Positions 42,797 through 56,700 of a DNA stretch of 62,000 nt are shown one piece after another. Position 1 is the first letter of the stretch, and each line of letters begins with the position of its first letter. The notes beneath the pieces were generated by a model, which had not been told where the DNA came from, did no database searches, and worked only from the letters and a program-made list of their open reading frames with translations. The translations under genes and the position numbers were made by a program. The stretch comes from Octopus vulgaris. Its lineage: Eukaryota. The stretch is from contig OX597817.1 in NCBI GenBank assembly GCA_951406725.2, positions 87,998,001-88,060,000 on the forward strand. The letters run 5' to 3'.

Positions 42797-43759
42797 TTAT
42801 GTGTGTGAGTCATTATGTCTGTGTTTATCCCCACCACCACTTGACAACCATTGTTAGTGTTTCTATGTCCCCATAACTTAGTGGTTCAGCAAAAGTGACC
42901 GACAGAATAAGTATTTGGTTTAAAAAAAATAAGAACTGGGTCAATCCATTCAACTAAAAAATCTTCAAGGCAGTGCCCCAGTAAGGCCACAGTCTAATTA
43001 CTGAAACAAAAGATAAAAGATAAACAATGAGAGAAGTCACTACTTTTGCCTTTCTAGCAAAATTAATGTTTGGTAATGGATTAAACCAGTTGTCTTTTAA
43101 GGTTTTAGAGCACCAACAAAATTTCATGCAATGTTTTCTCAAGACATATAAAGAAAAATCTTCACATATTACATTTCATTATATCGTAGACATAGATCAA
43201 TGAAAGAGATCAGAAACGAACAGAAATGAATTCCATTCTCAATAAACTCACCCCTCCTATATTTCCTCGGACATCTCGTAGTTTATGAATCAAAAATGAA
43301 ATGGTGACTGGATGGACTTGGGCAATGGCAGACAACAGCTCACGGCCAACTTTAGAACAGAAATCTTTAGTATGATCATATAGGTACGCAATCTGAAAAG
43401 AGAGAATATTTCTTAATATTGCATGTGTGTGTGTGTGTATTTGTATGTATATAAGCATAAACATATATATGTCTATGTATATATATATGTATATATTTGT
43501 GTGTGTTTGTATATATGCATAAATGCTGAAAAGTTCCTAGCTTTAAGGGTATCATGAAAAGCATGGTTGAAGGCCCAACCTTTTGAGGGCTTAGAAAAAC
43601 TGCAGGAGGGCTGCAATAAATGTGTGAATCTGAGAAGGGAATTTGTTGAATAAAATCATAACTAACCAATCCTCCAGTATTTTCTTTTATCCAATGCCAG
43701 GAGCATTTCAGCACCCCCTTGTATATATATTTCCCAGTGTATTATATGCATACCTATGG

Positions 43760-43790
<31 letters not shown>

Positions 43791-46700
43791 ATAAACCTTT
43801 ACATAAATAAATAACATGAAATACACGAAGGGACGAACAAAAAGACAAACGGGTCATTCAAAGCCTTCGTTCTTCAGTCAGAAACTGATTCCTCATCGCG
43901 GATACATATATATATATATACCATATCTCTTACTCAGTTTTCAGAGCTGGCACTGTAAATGTAGGCACACTGAAAGGTAGGTCTAGCAAGATTGTAGAGA
44001 TGCTTGAAAGGAGACGTGCTGATGTATGTTGCGTACAAAAGGTAAGGTGGAGAGGAGCTTCAGCCAGAGTCCTCGCAGGCAAAGCACATAGGTATAAACT
44101 CTTCTGGAAAGGTAATAGTGATGGAATAGGGGGTGTGGGCATACTTATACTTCTTGCAGAGAAATGGGTGGATAAGGTCATAGAGGTACTGAGGTTGTGC
44201 GATAGAGTATTTAAACTCAGGCTAGTCTTGCAGAATGGTATAGCTACAATTATCTCTGCTCACGCCCCACAAGCGGGCCCACCAAATGAACAGAAGGATC
44301 ACTTTTATGATATTCTTCTGCAGGCTACCTCAAAGACGAGTGACAATGATCTCATCTTCGTAGCAGGAGACTTTAATGGGTATGTCAGACAGCAATCTGA
44401 TATCTTCCATGGGGGCCATGGGGTTGGTACAAGAAATGAAGAAGGAACTAGGATCCTGGAATTCTGTGATGCAAATAACCTATTGATCTGCAACATCAAC
44501 TTCAGAAAGCCGGCTAGCTACCTGATAACCTATCAATCAGGTGATTCTGCTAGCCAGATCAATTTCATTCTCACCAGACAGCAGGATGCATGGTTGCTCT
44601 TAAATACAAAGACAATCCCTAGTAAAGAATATACCCCACAATATAGACTAGTAATTGGTGACTTTAGACTTGAGACCAGAAGGATGCCAAAAAGCAGACC
44701 AATCTGGAAAAGAAGGACTTTGAAGCTTAGGAACCCTTCACATGGTCAGAGATTTAAGGATATCAATCCTGTTTTCCTTTAGGGATATCAATCCTGTTTT
44801 CCTTTAGGGATATCAATCCTGTTTTCCTTTAGGGATATCAATCCTGTTTTCCTTTAGGGATATTCAATCCTGTTTTCCTTTAGGGATATTCAATCCTGTT
44901 TTCCTTCAGTTTCCAAACCTTGTTAGATAAGGATGTACAATTGGCTTTACGTTTGAGTCTAAAAGATGAAAAATGGTTATTGATAGGTTTTTTTCATATT
45001 TACTGAACATCCTATATATATAAAGTTTCCAGCCTCACTTATGATTGTACATTTATAAATTACATTTTGGATTAGACAGTGGCCCAATAACGGACAGTGG
45101 GATTTAACTCTATAATTGCAACCAAGAGCATTACTACTATTAACATTATTGATATTCCTATCATTATTATTATTATTATTATTATTATCACTATTATTAT
45201 TATTCCTACTACTACTACTACCATATATATATACATATATATACATTTATACACACACATATATATTTGTGTGTATGTGTGTGTTCATTCGCAGCTAATA
45301 ATTAACTACATCATAATTTAAAATTTCTCATGCATATTTTGCCTAAACCAATACATGAACACAGGAAACTCAGAGCAGCGATAAAGGGAATCAACATCAA
45401 TAAATAAACTCAATTTCTCCTATTGAGTATTTTCCCTCTCCTTGTATGCACACACACAAACACATAACATTACAACATAAATGCTGAAGAAGTATAAGAA
45501 AACCAGTTTGTATACATTCACAATCATAATATAAGAAATTTTATGTAGTCTGAAACCTACCTCAAATACTTCCACAGTAATTGTTTGTATAAACTCTGTT
45601 TCACTTTCATGACGACACTGAACCATATTAGAGAATGCAGTGAGGAGATAGATGGCTTCAGAAATTGGCATTTTTTGTAAGCTGTCAGCTAGTTGAGCTT
45701 TTCTTAATGGATCTAAAGTGAAAAATATATATACATATATTGCATAAATTACTACAAAGCCTGAAATATTTTACAATAAGGTTTTATGAAATTAATTATA
45801 TAAAGAAAATTATACTAATTATACCTCCTTAGTACTGGTATGAATGGTGGATGTGAACTATTTTGGCAAATGAACTTAGTGAATCACTGACTATTATCAC
45901 TAGATGTGGGCAGATGAACAGACGACAAACCATTAATGGCCAGGAACAACCAGTTCAGTTAACAAACTATAGCTATCATCTGCAGACATGGTGTGCACAG
46001 ATGAGATATTTCAGCAAATGAAAGACCATTGTGACTAATACCCAGGCCAGACATTAATACTTCATTACTCAATCAGAACATCTGGTGTGGAAGAGTTACA
46101 ATGGTCCAAGAAAGTCACCCAACCAGGATGGATAGCTGGATGGAATGCTGGGGACATGACAGAATGCACCAAGTACATGTTGTAAAATGGTTGCTGGTAG
46201 GAAAAGCATTCCACTACAGAAAACATACCTCAAATGAAATATACAAATGAATGGTGGACTTATAAAACTACATCACAGACTACCGCCCATCTAGGAAGGC
46301 AATAACTCCAAAAGGAAAAGAACTGATAGATGAGAGAGGAGAATCTTTGGTTCTGTTTCAGACAACCCCATGTAATGTTGGTGGCATAATATAATGTTCC
46401 CAGTCCACACTGTAAGACATTCACAACAACAAAGTTGTCCAGTTTTCTGTGTTGATGTGTGTGCTTGATGACAGAGTACAATAGGTGAGGAGATACTGTG
46501 AGATCTATGCAACCTCTGGGGAGAGAAGGAGGAAGAGTTTGGAGAGTTGAATCTGTAATACAGCTTTAATTTCCATCTGATATTTCACTGCACTTTTCAC
46601 TAAGACACTTTTGAAAAAACATGAACGTCACAACTTCAATTTAATGTTCACACCCAGTCAAAAGAAACTATTAATTACATTGTGTAACAAAGCTTTTACC

Positions 46701-47648
46701 TATTTATTTTTTGTCTTTGGTTAGTAAGTGTTAGTTCCTATTTGCTTTTATCTAGAAATCAAAGTAAATGATTAGTATTCCCCTCAAACTTTGCTTTTGT
46801 GACTGGGACATCAATGTTTTGAAACTGACCTATTTTCCATCACATTTCAGACAAATTCAACACTAAGCTGCTGAAGCAGAAATATTGTTATAGCAAATAT
46901 TCTGCTCAATACCACGAATTTGTTCGTCAGTTGCTTGACAGTAAGCACCTGAGTATGTCCCTTAGTGGCTGACAATGTGCATCTCTGAACATGAGCAAAT
47001 GCAATGGGGGAACATCATAACCATGTGTTGAGAGAGATTCTTTGGGGTTCAAATAACTGTAACACAGGGAAGTTTGAAGGAAATATTAGCCATTTTTCAT
47101 ACTTTCTAGGGATAAACAAATAGGAAATAACAGTTGCTACCCAAAGTTATACAATAATTACTGAAATAAAACTATATAAGATATTATTTGGTATACTTAT
47201 CTAAGAGTTCAATGTTCATAATGTATTTAGTCCTACTGTAAAATAATACCAATGGGGTTGTGTCTCCAAATAAATTTAGTGAGCCACATACTAAGAAACA
47301 CAGCTCTTGATCCTTTTTTAGCCTCTCACATAATTTTAGGAAATTAGTGTAGACTTAATACTAGTAAACACCAGGTTGTACAGTGGCAGCCATAAATGAG
47401 TCAAATTTTAAAATATATAAAATACTATAGTAAACTTAACCCATCATGTGTTATTGAGAAAGAGGGAGACAAAGTGGGAAGGTGATAGGGTGGGTTGTGT
47501 AAGGAGGAGGTCATGGGCTATCCTACTTAATGAGGGTAAGGACACAAGGTATGAGGGAAAGGAGATAGGAAGAGAGCAATAGACTAGGGTAACATAGACA
47601 CATACATATAGAGAGACAAAGACAGACAGACAGTGAGTGAAAAAGGAG

Positions 47649-47720
<72 letters not shown>

Positions 47721-50700
47721 GAGAGAGAGATAAAGCAGTAATTGCATTGACAGCCAAAACTCTATGTTATGCTCACAGATAGAAGATAAAGTTAATGAAA
47801 TGGTAGACAGACACAATCCTTATTATTATAATAGATTAAATATGCTTTTACATACAGAACAAAATCAATGTTTTAATATAATATTTAAAACAACTGATCA
47901 TATAAATTTTCTTTCAAAATAAATAAAAATTATGTAAGAAAATCATAAGATTGAAACCTTTTAATTCTGCTTTACACTGTTCAACGGAAGGTAAGTTATC
48001 AGGAAGTACAGATTGATTCTGTCCCATGTGCAACATCCACATGAGTTTCCATGTAGTTTCAAGGGAAACACTGGCATAAGGCATATCTGTCATATATTGC
48101 CAAGACCCCATCCTGAAAGATAAAACAAAATATATCAGGCAATTTAATAAAAATCAAAATAAAAATAATAGTTTGATTCAAAAAGTACAACAATTACAAA
48201 ACAATATCAATTGAAACTTAACTTTTCTGCTAAGGTCATGTATACCAAATAATGATTAAAGTGAATTCTTTTTATAAAGCAAAAGACCAACTTTTGAAAC
48301 ATTCCCATACTATGTTCAAGGAATAAGTGATCTACAAAGTCTCAAACATATGAAGAGATAAAAGAACTCAATTATAACAAAAATTTTTAACAAGGTCAGA
48401 AACTTTGAAAAGAGTTATAACATTGCTAAAGAATCTAATATGCTCTATATAAGGAGAACTGATGTATAAACATCAAAAAAATATCCACAGTAATTAAGAA
48501 CTCAATTAATTACTCAAATATGTTATAACATTGAAGGATATGCAGGTAGAAAAAAATATGCATGTATCTATAAAATTGGGTTAAAATGATCTTTTAGAGC
48601 AGCATATTTAGAAGACAAAGCAGAAAAGCATAAATTTCACAAATAGTTCATAATTTATGCTCAACAGTTGTTTCATTAGCAATAAACATCACTGACTGCA
48701 TGATTAAAGAATTAAGATACATAATTAATTTTAAATAATGTATATTAATTTAAAGTTATGTTTATCCCAAATCGTTATGAGTTATGCTAATCAAAAACCA
48801 TTAATACTAAAATAATCTAAAAGTCTTAGTGTGTGCCACCAACAAATACTGACAAGTCCATACTTGTTTCAAACTTTGGCATAAGACCAGCACTTTGGGG
48901 GCAAGGGAGTAAGTCAATTGCATTGACCCTAGTACTCAACTGGTACTTATTTTATCAACACTGAAAAGTTGATAGGCATAGTGGACCTCAGTGGAATTTA
49001 AACCCAGAACACAAAGACAGATGAAATTCCACTAAGCATTTTGCTCCGCATGCTAACAGTTCTGCCAACTCACCACCATAACTGACAAGTCAATATTGCA
49101 GTGTTATTTATTGCAGGAATCTACAAACATTTGCTGCTTCTAACCTATCCAATGATTTGTAACAATTAAAAATATAAAAACGTATGGCTATGTGGTTAAG
49201 AAGCTTGTTTTATTACCATGTAGCTTCAGGTTTAGTCCCATTGCATGGCACCTTAGGCACCTTCTATTACAGCCCCAAGCCAACTAATGCTTTGTGAGTG
49301 AATTTGGTAGATGGAAACTGTAGAATCCCTCGTGTGTGTGTGTGTGTTGTGTATGAATATATTATATGTTTCTTCCTACCACTGCTTGACAACTAGTGTT
49401 GGTTTGTTTATGTCCTGGTGACTTAACAGTTTATCAAGAGACTGATAAATAAGTACTGGGGTCAATTTTATTTCACTAAAACCTTCCAATGATTGAAACA
49501 AGTAAAAGATAAATTATGTCAGGATGTTACTTCATCTGTAATAACAACACATGGAAATGTCATTAAAGGAAATTTAATTTGATATAAATATGTATTTTTA
49601 CCCTAAACTAAAACAATTTAGAGAGGAGGGTCATAACAAAGAATTATCTAACAGAATTTGAAGCCTTTAGCACTCAGATTACTTTCTAAAATGTAATGCT
49701 TATTTATTCACATTATTTTGTATTAATCAGGCATTATCTTGTAGCTTAGAGATTCTGATGATGTGATTGTATATCTTTAGGTGTGCGAAGATGGATTTGG
49801 CCAGATAGAATATAAAACATGTAGAATACTTGGGTTGGTTATAGCTGGTTCAAATGCTAAAGGATTAAAGGAAAATAGCTTTATATGAGATTGATAAAAG
49901 AAGATGCTCCAGCCTTAGATATAATGGCAAACAAACCAAACAGCTTACCTTTCAGCATTAAGAATACAATGGACAGCACGTAAAAATAGCTGGTCAAACT
50001 CAACTTGTAATCGTTCAAGCATCGCTGGTGGTAAACGTTGGTTGCATTGGCGGAAACTTAACCAGTGATCTGATGTGTATAACATTATTTGCCTGTAAAA
50101 TATAATAAAATAAAGATACTGCAATGTTTAAAAACAAAATTAACAGCAGTTATAGTTATTTGCAGGTGAAATCATTACTTTAAAACAGAACACAAAAATT
50201 AAGCAAAAAAAACTTTAGTTTTTTTTTTTTAAATTAGTGTATTTACTCAGAGGATTCTTGGTCAACATTAGAGATGGCCCAAATGAGAATAGCTACCAAT
50301 AAAATATATCATATTTTAGGCCAATATGCAAATCCATATACCTGATTCTCTTGCTAAATAATTAATGGCACCATAATCTTTCCTAATATAGGTACAAGTT
50401 TTGAAATTTTGTAGGAGAGTGTTAGTCAATTACATCAACCCTAGTGTTTGACTAGTACCATTTTATTGATCCCAAATGAATGGAAAGCAAAGTTGACTTT
50501 GGCAGAATTTGAAGTCAACTTAGACAGAAAGGTACTATAAGGATCTAGAATTTTTTTTTTAAATTGTAAGCAGCTTTGCATAATTCTAACATAATAAGGG
50601 GAAAATTTGGAGCAGATGAAGAAATACCATTCAAATTACAAAAGTGATGATTCTTGTTAGATCTAGTCCATTAGAGAAGTCATTTATGACACTGCCAATA

Positions 50701-53700
50701 AAACAACAATCAGAAACAAGAAACTGTTTAGTGAAGGCAAGAATTACCAAAAAATATAAACTCAAAAGAAGAGACTTACGTGATCATGCGTCCAATTCTT
50801 TTATTCAGCTGTCGGTATCGAGAAAGAGAAAATGTCTTCAAGCCACAACTAAGAATATCGATGAGGCATGTAAAGAATGCAAAGGTTTTCATCATTATTG
50901 ATTCAGAAGTCACATTCACATCATAATGCCATGAACCTGAAAGTGAAAAAAAAAAAATTTTTTTTTTTAATGGCAGCACCAAACTAAAAATTATTTGATT
51001 TGATTTGATTGTCAAGACCAGCTCTGAAGGATTTGATGAGAAAGATATTGGTATTAAAAGCATGAGGCTGCATTTAAAGGGTTATGATGGTATTGAGGTT
51101 TGTATTATCTGCAACAGAACATATTGAAAAAAAAACAGTATAACAGCAAAACTGATGTGGTAGAAATTGGGCAGATAAAAAAATATATTTTCATTTTCAT
51201 AATAAAACTCTTCATACCAAAAGAAATAAACTAATTCTACTGGTATCAGTGAGTGAGAAAATCATTTTTCAAAACTTAGAAGAGCACCAGATATTGAAAA
51301 ACATACAATGAAGAATTATGCATATTATAATTCTGGCTGTTTTATTAGAGCTGTTGGTAATCATCATCACCATTTAAAATCTGTTTTCCATGCTGGCATG
51401 AATTTGACAGTTTGATAGGATCCAATAAATTGAAAGATTGTATTCTTCATCATCATCGTCATTTAATATCTGCTTTCCATGCTGGTATGAGTTGGACGGT
51501 TTGACTGAGAACTGGCAAGCCAGGAGGCTGCAACAGGCTCCAATCAGATTTGCATGGTTTCTACAGCTAGATGCCCTTCCTAATGCCAACCACTCTGAGA
51601 GTGTAGTGGATGCGTTTTACGTGCCACTGGCATGGGAGCCAGTCAGGCAGCACTGGCATCAGCCACATTCAAATGGTGCTTTTTACATTCCACTGGCACA
51701 GGTGCCAGTCAGGCACCACAGGTATTAGCCAAGCTCGAATGGTGCATTTTACATGCCACCAGCACAGGTGCCATTAAGGTGGCACTGGCATTGGCCACAC
51801 TCGAATGGTGCTTTTTACATGCCAGTCAGATGGCACTGGCATCAGCCATGCTCAAATGGTGCATTTTATGTGTCACCGGCACATGCTCTAATATCTGTTT
51901 TGACGTAGCTTTTGTGACTGAATGTCATTCTTAATGCTAACCACTTTACAGTGTACAGAGTAAATACAAAGTGCTTTCTTTTTGTACGTAAAAAACGCGA
52001 GGTCCCCTCACGACTTGTAGAACTAAATGTCCTACAGTGGCTCCCATAAATGAAGAGTAGAGGAAAAAGAGAGTGGGGTTTTTTTTCTGTTTGGCTGCCA
52101 CTTTTCAGTTTCCTCAATTTTTGTTCCAACTGATTTCATATTTAGTGTATTGGTGCAGTTTTGTAAAGTAATCAATGACATGAAATTCATTTTTGCCATA
52201 AATCAATAAATAAAGAGTTAATAGCTTTTAAAGTTTGCAAATTTTGGGTAATTTTAGGCAATCAAAAGGCACAGGCATATAGGTGCCTGTTTCCACAGAA
52301 ATAAGCCAAACTGTTACCAAGCTGCTTACTCACACTGTCATTTTTCACTTATTAAATGGTGGTCATGAGACTTGCTAAAAATAATAACTAAACAGGCCTT
52401 AAATCACACACCAAAATTTTTTTGTTTTTTGTTTTTACATAATCGTATGAATTCTTATGTGTAGAATACAAATTCACAAAAATTTTCTGAAAATTCCAAA
52501 AAATAAAAAAGTTACATGAGTTTATATGAAGTGTGTAAAGCAGAATTCCACCAATATTTCATTTGTTTACAGTTGACAATGTGCTGTCATGCACAAAATG
52601 AGAGTGTCCAAATCCTGTTTTAAATTATCGAACTTTAAACCACTGTAACTTTTTCTTAAAAGTTTTCTGAGAAAAGTGAATTAGTCCCTGAGACTCAGCA
52701 TGGAAAATTACATCAATACACCAAATTTTTTAATTTTCGCTAAACTTTAAAACTTCCACAGGTGCAGCCTAACAGAAAAGATCCAGAGAATGTAATGATT
52801 TTAGGCAAGATAATGGAAAGAGTGAAATATGAAAGAAACAGATTTATAGCTGTTTGAGGATAGTAACAAAGAGAGTAACAGAAGAAACACAATTTGACTA
52901 GAGAGTATGGAAGGAAAAGAATAAAGTATTGGGATTTAGTGAGAAAGGGTAGGAAAGATGGTAAGGATGATGATGAGGTGGGTTGTGTAGAGGGTGGGGC
53001 AAACATTGAAAAGAATAGATACACTCACCATCTTGGTTTAGAGTCATCATAAGAACATGTTGAAACAATTCATTGAGTGCCACTTGTCCTAACATATTAA
53101 CAACATCATTTTCCCGTAGGTATTGCCAAGCATTTTTAGGGTCTTCATTCTGAAAGAAAAATTATTAATAAAAATGGTCATGATCATGATTTTGAATATA
53201 GTCACAAGAACAAATAGAATAAAAAAAGAGTTTATCAACATCTGAAGAACGACAATCAAATTTGATCATAAATACAAAGCATGGCATGAGATAACTAAAT
53301 AAAGGTATTACAATACTTCCTTCTACAGAAAGATGAAAAGGTAAAACTAACATTTTAACTTCCATAATAATAGAAGTGTCTGACTTCGATATTCCAATAC
53401 TTTGGAAGAATAAAAATCAACATCAACAGGGTTGTAACTTCAAATTGTATTGCAAGATAATTTGACCAATACACTCAACTGATTGTGCTACCTACTCTGA
53501 CCTTTCAATAAGAATAATTCTTTCTATTTATAGAAGGATGAAAGGCAAAGTCAGCTTTGGTGGCATTTGAACTCAGAATGTAAGATCAGAAGTAATGAAC
53601 TAGACATTTTGTCCAGCATGCTAATGATTCTGCCAGCTCACTGACGCAGTAGTAGCAGCAGCAGCAGCAATAATAATAATAATAATAATAATAATAATTT

Positions 53701-56700
53701 TGCTCCAATGCTACACAATTTAAAAGATGGATATAACAGACATTTAATTTACAGTGGTTCTGTTAGCAACCCTGAACGGTTGAAAAGCAAAAATCAACCA
53801 GCAACATTTCAACACAAAATGTAAAATTAATGAAAATAAATGCTGCATCTTAAGGCAGGAAATAGTTGGATTATACAAGGTCAAGTATATGACTGTTTTT
53901 TTTTTTTTAAGGCAGAATACAGTTGGTTATAGAGAGCCAAGTATATAAATGGTATTATTTTAGGGCAGGATGTACTTAATTATATATGATTATATATGGC
54001 CAAGTATATATTACTGGTATTACTTCAGGATAGAATATATTTTATCATATAGATTCAAGTACATGACTGGTATTATTTTATCAACCTCTGAAGGGATTAT
54101 AAGCAAATATCATCAGGATTTGAACTCAAAATATAAAGGAGTATAACAAAATACTTGCAAAGCATTTTGCTTGGCAATACCATTTCTTCCATCGGCAACC
54201 AAATAATGATGAGAAGGTAAGAGGAATGATTAAAAATTGATTAAAGGAGCAGCAGTAGAAGGAGCTCATCAAAATACAGATGATGATAGATTAAAATTTT
54301 AGCATGAATTATATTAAACAGAAAGTCTTACAAGAAATGTTATTTTTTTTTTTTCTTAATAAACTTCTTCATATAATTTTAAGTGTTACCAAAAGGAGTA
54401 TGATCTTATAAGAAACCCAAACTTTAATCATACATTTTTTTATAACCTTTCCCTTTTTATATATAAAGAGAATGAAGTTACCTATTTCCAGTGCATCAAC
54501 AGAAATATGTTAGACTAACCATCTTATCTCAGTCCTTAACAGAATACTTGAATCAATAATCAACAGGCCAAAAATAAACTTTGTGACACATCTCATTATT
54601 GCAATGCTCATTTTTCTGTCTTGACATTTCTCTATTTGTACTCAAGTTGATTCCTCTATGCAACTCAACATTCTCATGTGTCATCTAACAATTTATATCT
54701 AAGTTTTCCTTAGGAGAACAAAGTTATTGTGAATAAATTTTAGCCTTAGCTTTAAATATTTACAAAGACAAATAGCATGTAGGGTTCACAGAACTACTTT
54801 CTTACAATAAAGATTTCATGAGAAAAACAAAACAAACTTTAAATGTATATCATCATCACTTTAATGTGCAATTTTCCATGCTTACATGGCTCAACAGTTT
54901 ACTGAGGCAGATTTTCTACAGCCAGATACCTTTCCTGCTGCTAACCCTCATCTGTTTCCAACCAAAGTAATACTTCTCCCTAGCCAGACATGTTCTCGCA
55001 GAATAATGGAAATGAATGCTTGTATGTCAGTGACAATCATTTACAACTATCACATAATGTCAAGACAAAGAGAAGACACTAACACATGATGAGCTTCTTT
55101 CAGTTTCTGTGTACAAAATCTACCCACAAGGCTTTGATTGGCCAAGAGCTACAGAAGACATTATGCCCAAGTATCACACAGTAGGACTGAACTTGGAACC
55201 AAATGGTTGGGAAGCAAACATCTTGCCACACAGCTGTTATATACCTGTTTTATACTAATAAATTTTCTTTACTTCACTTCACCTAAGGATAAGAATTTCT
55301 ACAAAGCAAAAAATCAATTTCATATTCTGCTGCATATCAAAAACAAGTCAGCTTGAGAAAGCACTTTTTGTTCCCAGCTATATCATCATCATCATCATCA
55401 TCATCATTTAATGTCCATTTTCCATGATAGCATGTGTTGGATGGTTTGATATCTGTTTTGGCACAGTTTCTACAGCTAGATACCATCCCTAGCACCAACC
55501 ACTTTACAAAGTGTACTAGGTGCTTTTATGCAGCACTGGCATGGGTGTTCTAGAATGTGAACTTGCAATATTATATGAATCCTGCACCTTTCAGCTAGCA
55601 TCAAATGAAACTTGCCCACCCACTACACATCTATTTTACATGTGTACACCCATGAATCAAGTCACAATAAAACATATTAAAGTAGAACTATTCTAAATGT
55701 ATTACTTCTTCGCCATCAGAATCAACCATAATCCAGGCACCATCATTGCTTTCTGTTCTTTCTTTAAGGTTGGTATTTAAATGTTGTAAGAACTGTTCAC
55801 GACCCCTGCAGGTCAAATATTAAAAAGATGTATTAGAAAGTCAAATAAGTAAAAACAAATGAAATGAAATAAACCTAAGTTAATCACAGAAGACATATAT
55901 GTATTAATGTATGGATTAGATGAAAGATGCTAAGGTCATAAACTTAGTATTAGTTATTGATTTTGACTTTAATCATTAATAGTAACAATAAAACTTAATC
56001 ATTAATATTGAAATAATATGTAAGCATTAATATTGAAATAATAAATTATCTAATCATTAATGCTCGTAATAATACATAACCATTAATGTTGACATAATAG
56101 TTACATAATCATTAATACTGAAATAATCACTACATGATCATTAATGTTAATAATAATGCATTATCATTAACATTGTAAACTTACTTGATTGGTTGAAGAA
56201 TTGTAGCCAAAACAGTAACCATGTGATCTAGACTTGGACTGACAAACGTTGTCTCATCAATGTTCACTAACAGTGGAATTTGTATGTACTGGGCTGCCCA
56301 AGATCCCACACCAGCTGGACATCGGAGGACATGGTTTAATAGAAACAAATGATCCTCAAAGGAGGCTACTCTCAGTAACACAGATACCTATAAGCAGAAA
56401 ATGAAATAACTTTTAAACACCTGTGATTCATTTTGATATCATTATATCAATCAGAGGTACATTTTCCCATAAAAAATACTGGGCCGACATTTCAAATGAA
56501 TAACTAAGAATTTACATAGGAAAACTTCTCTGCATTCAGAGGGCACAGCTCCTGTACTGTGGATATGTAATTAGAACAGTTCAACAAAGATCCACAAGAC
56601 AGATTCTTGAAGCTGAGCCAACCAAAAAGAGATCAAGGGGTAGATCAAAATGAGATGGTTGAATAATATCCAGAGTTTAAGTTGGTCATGCATAAGAATC

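Noticed and set aside
43835-43900. Minus-strand ctgaaga...gaatgac...gtc hammerhead-like string
   Set aside because: GAAA is absent, stem II is weak and there is no stem I partner.
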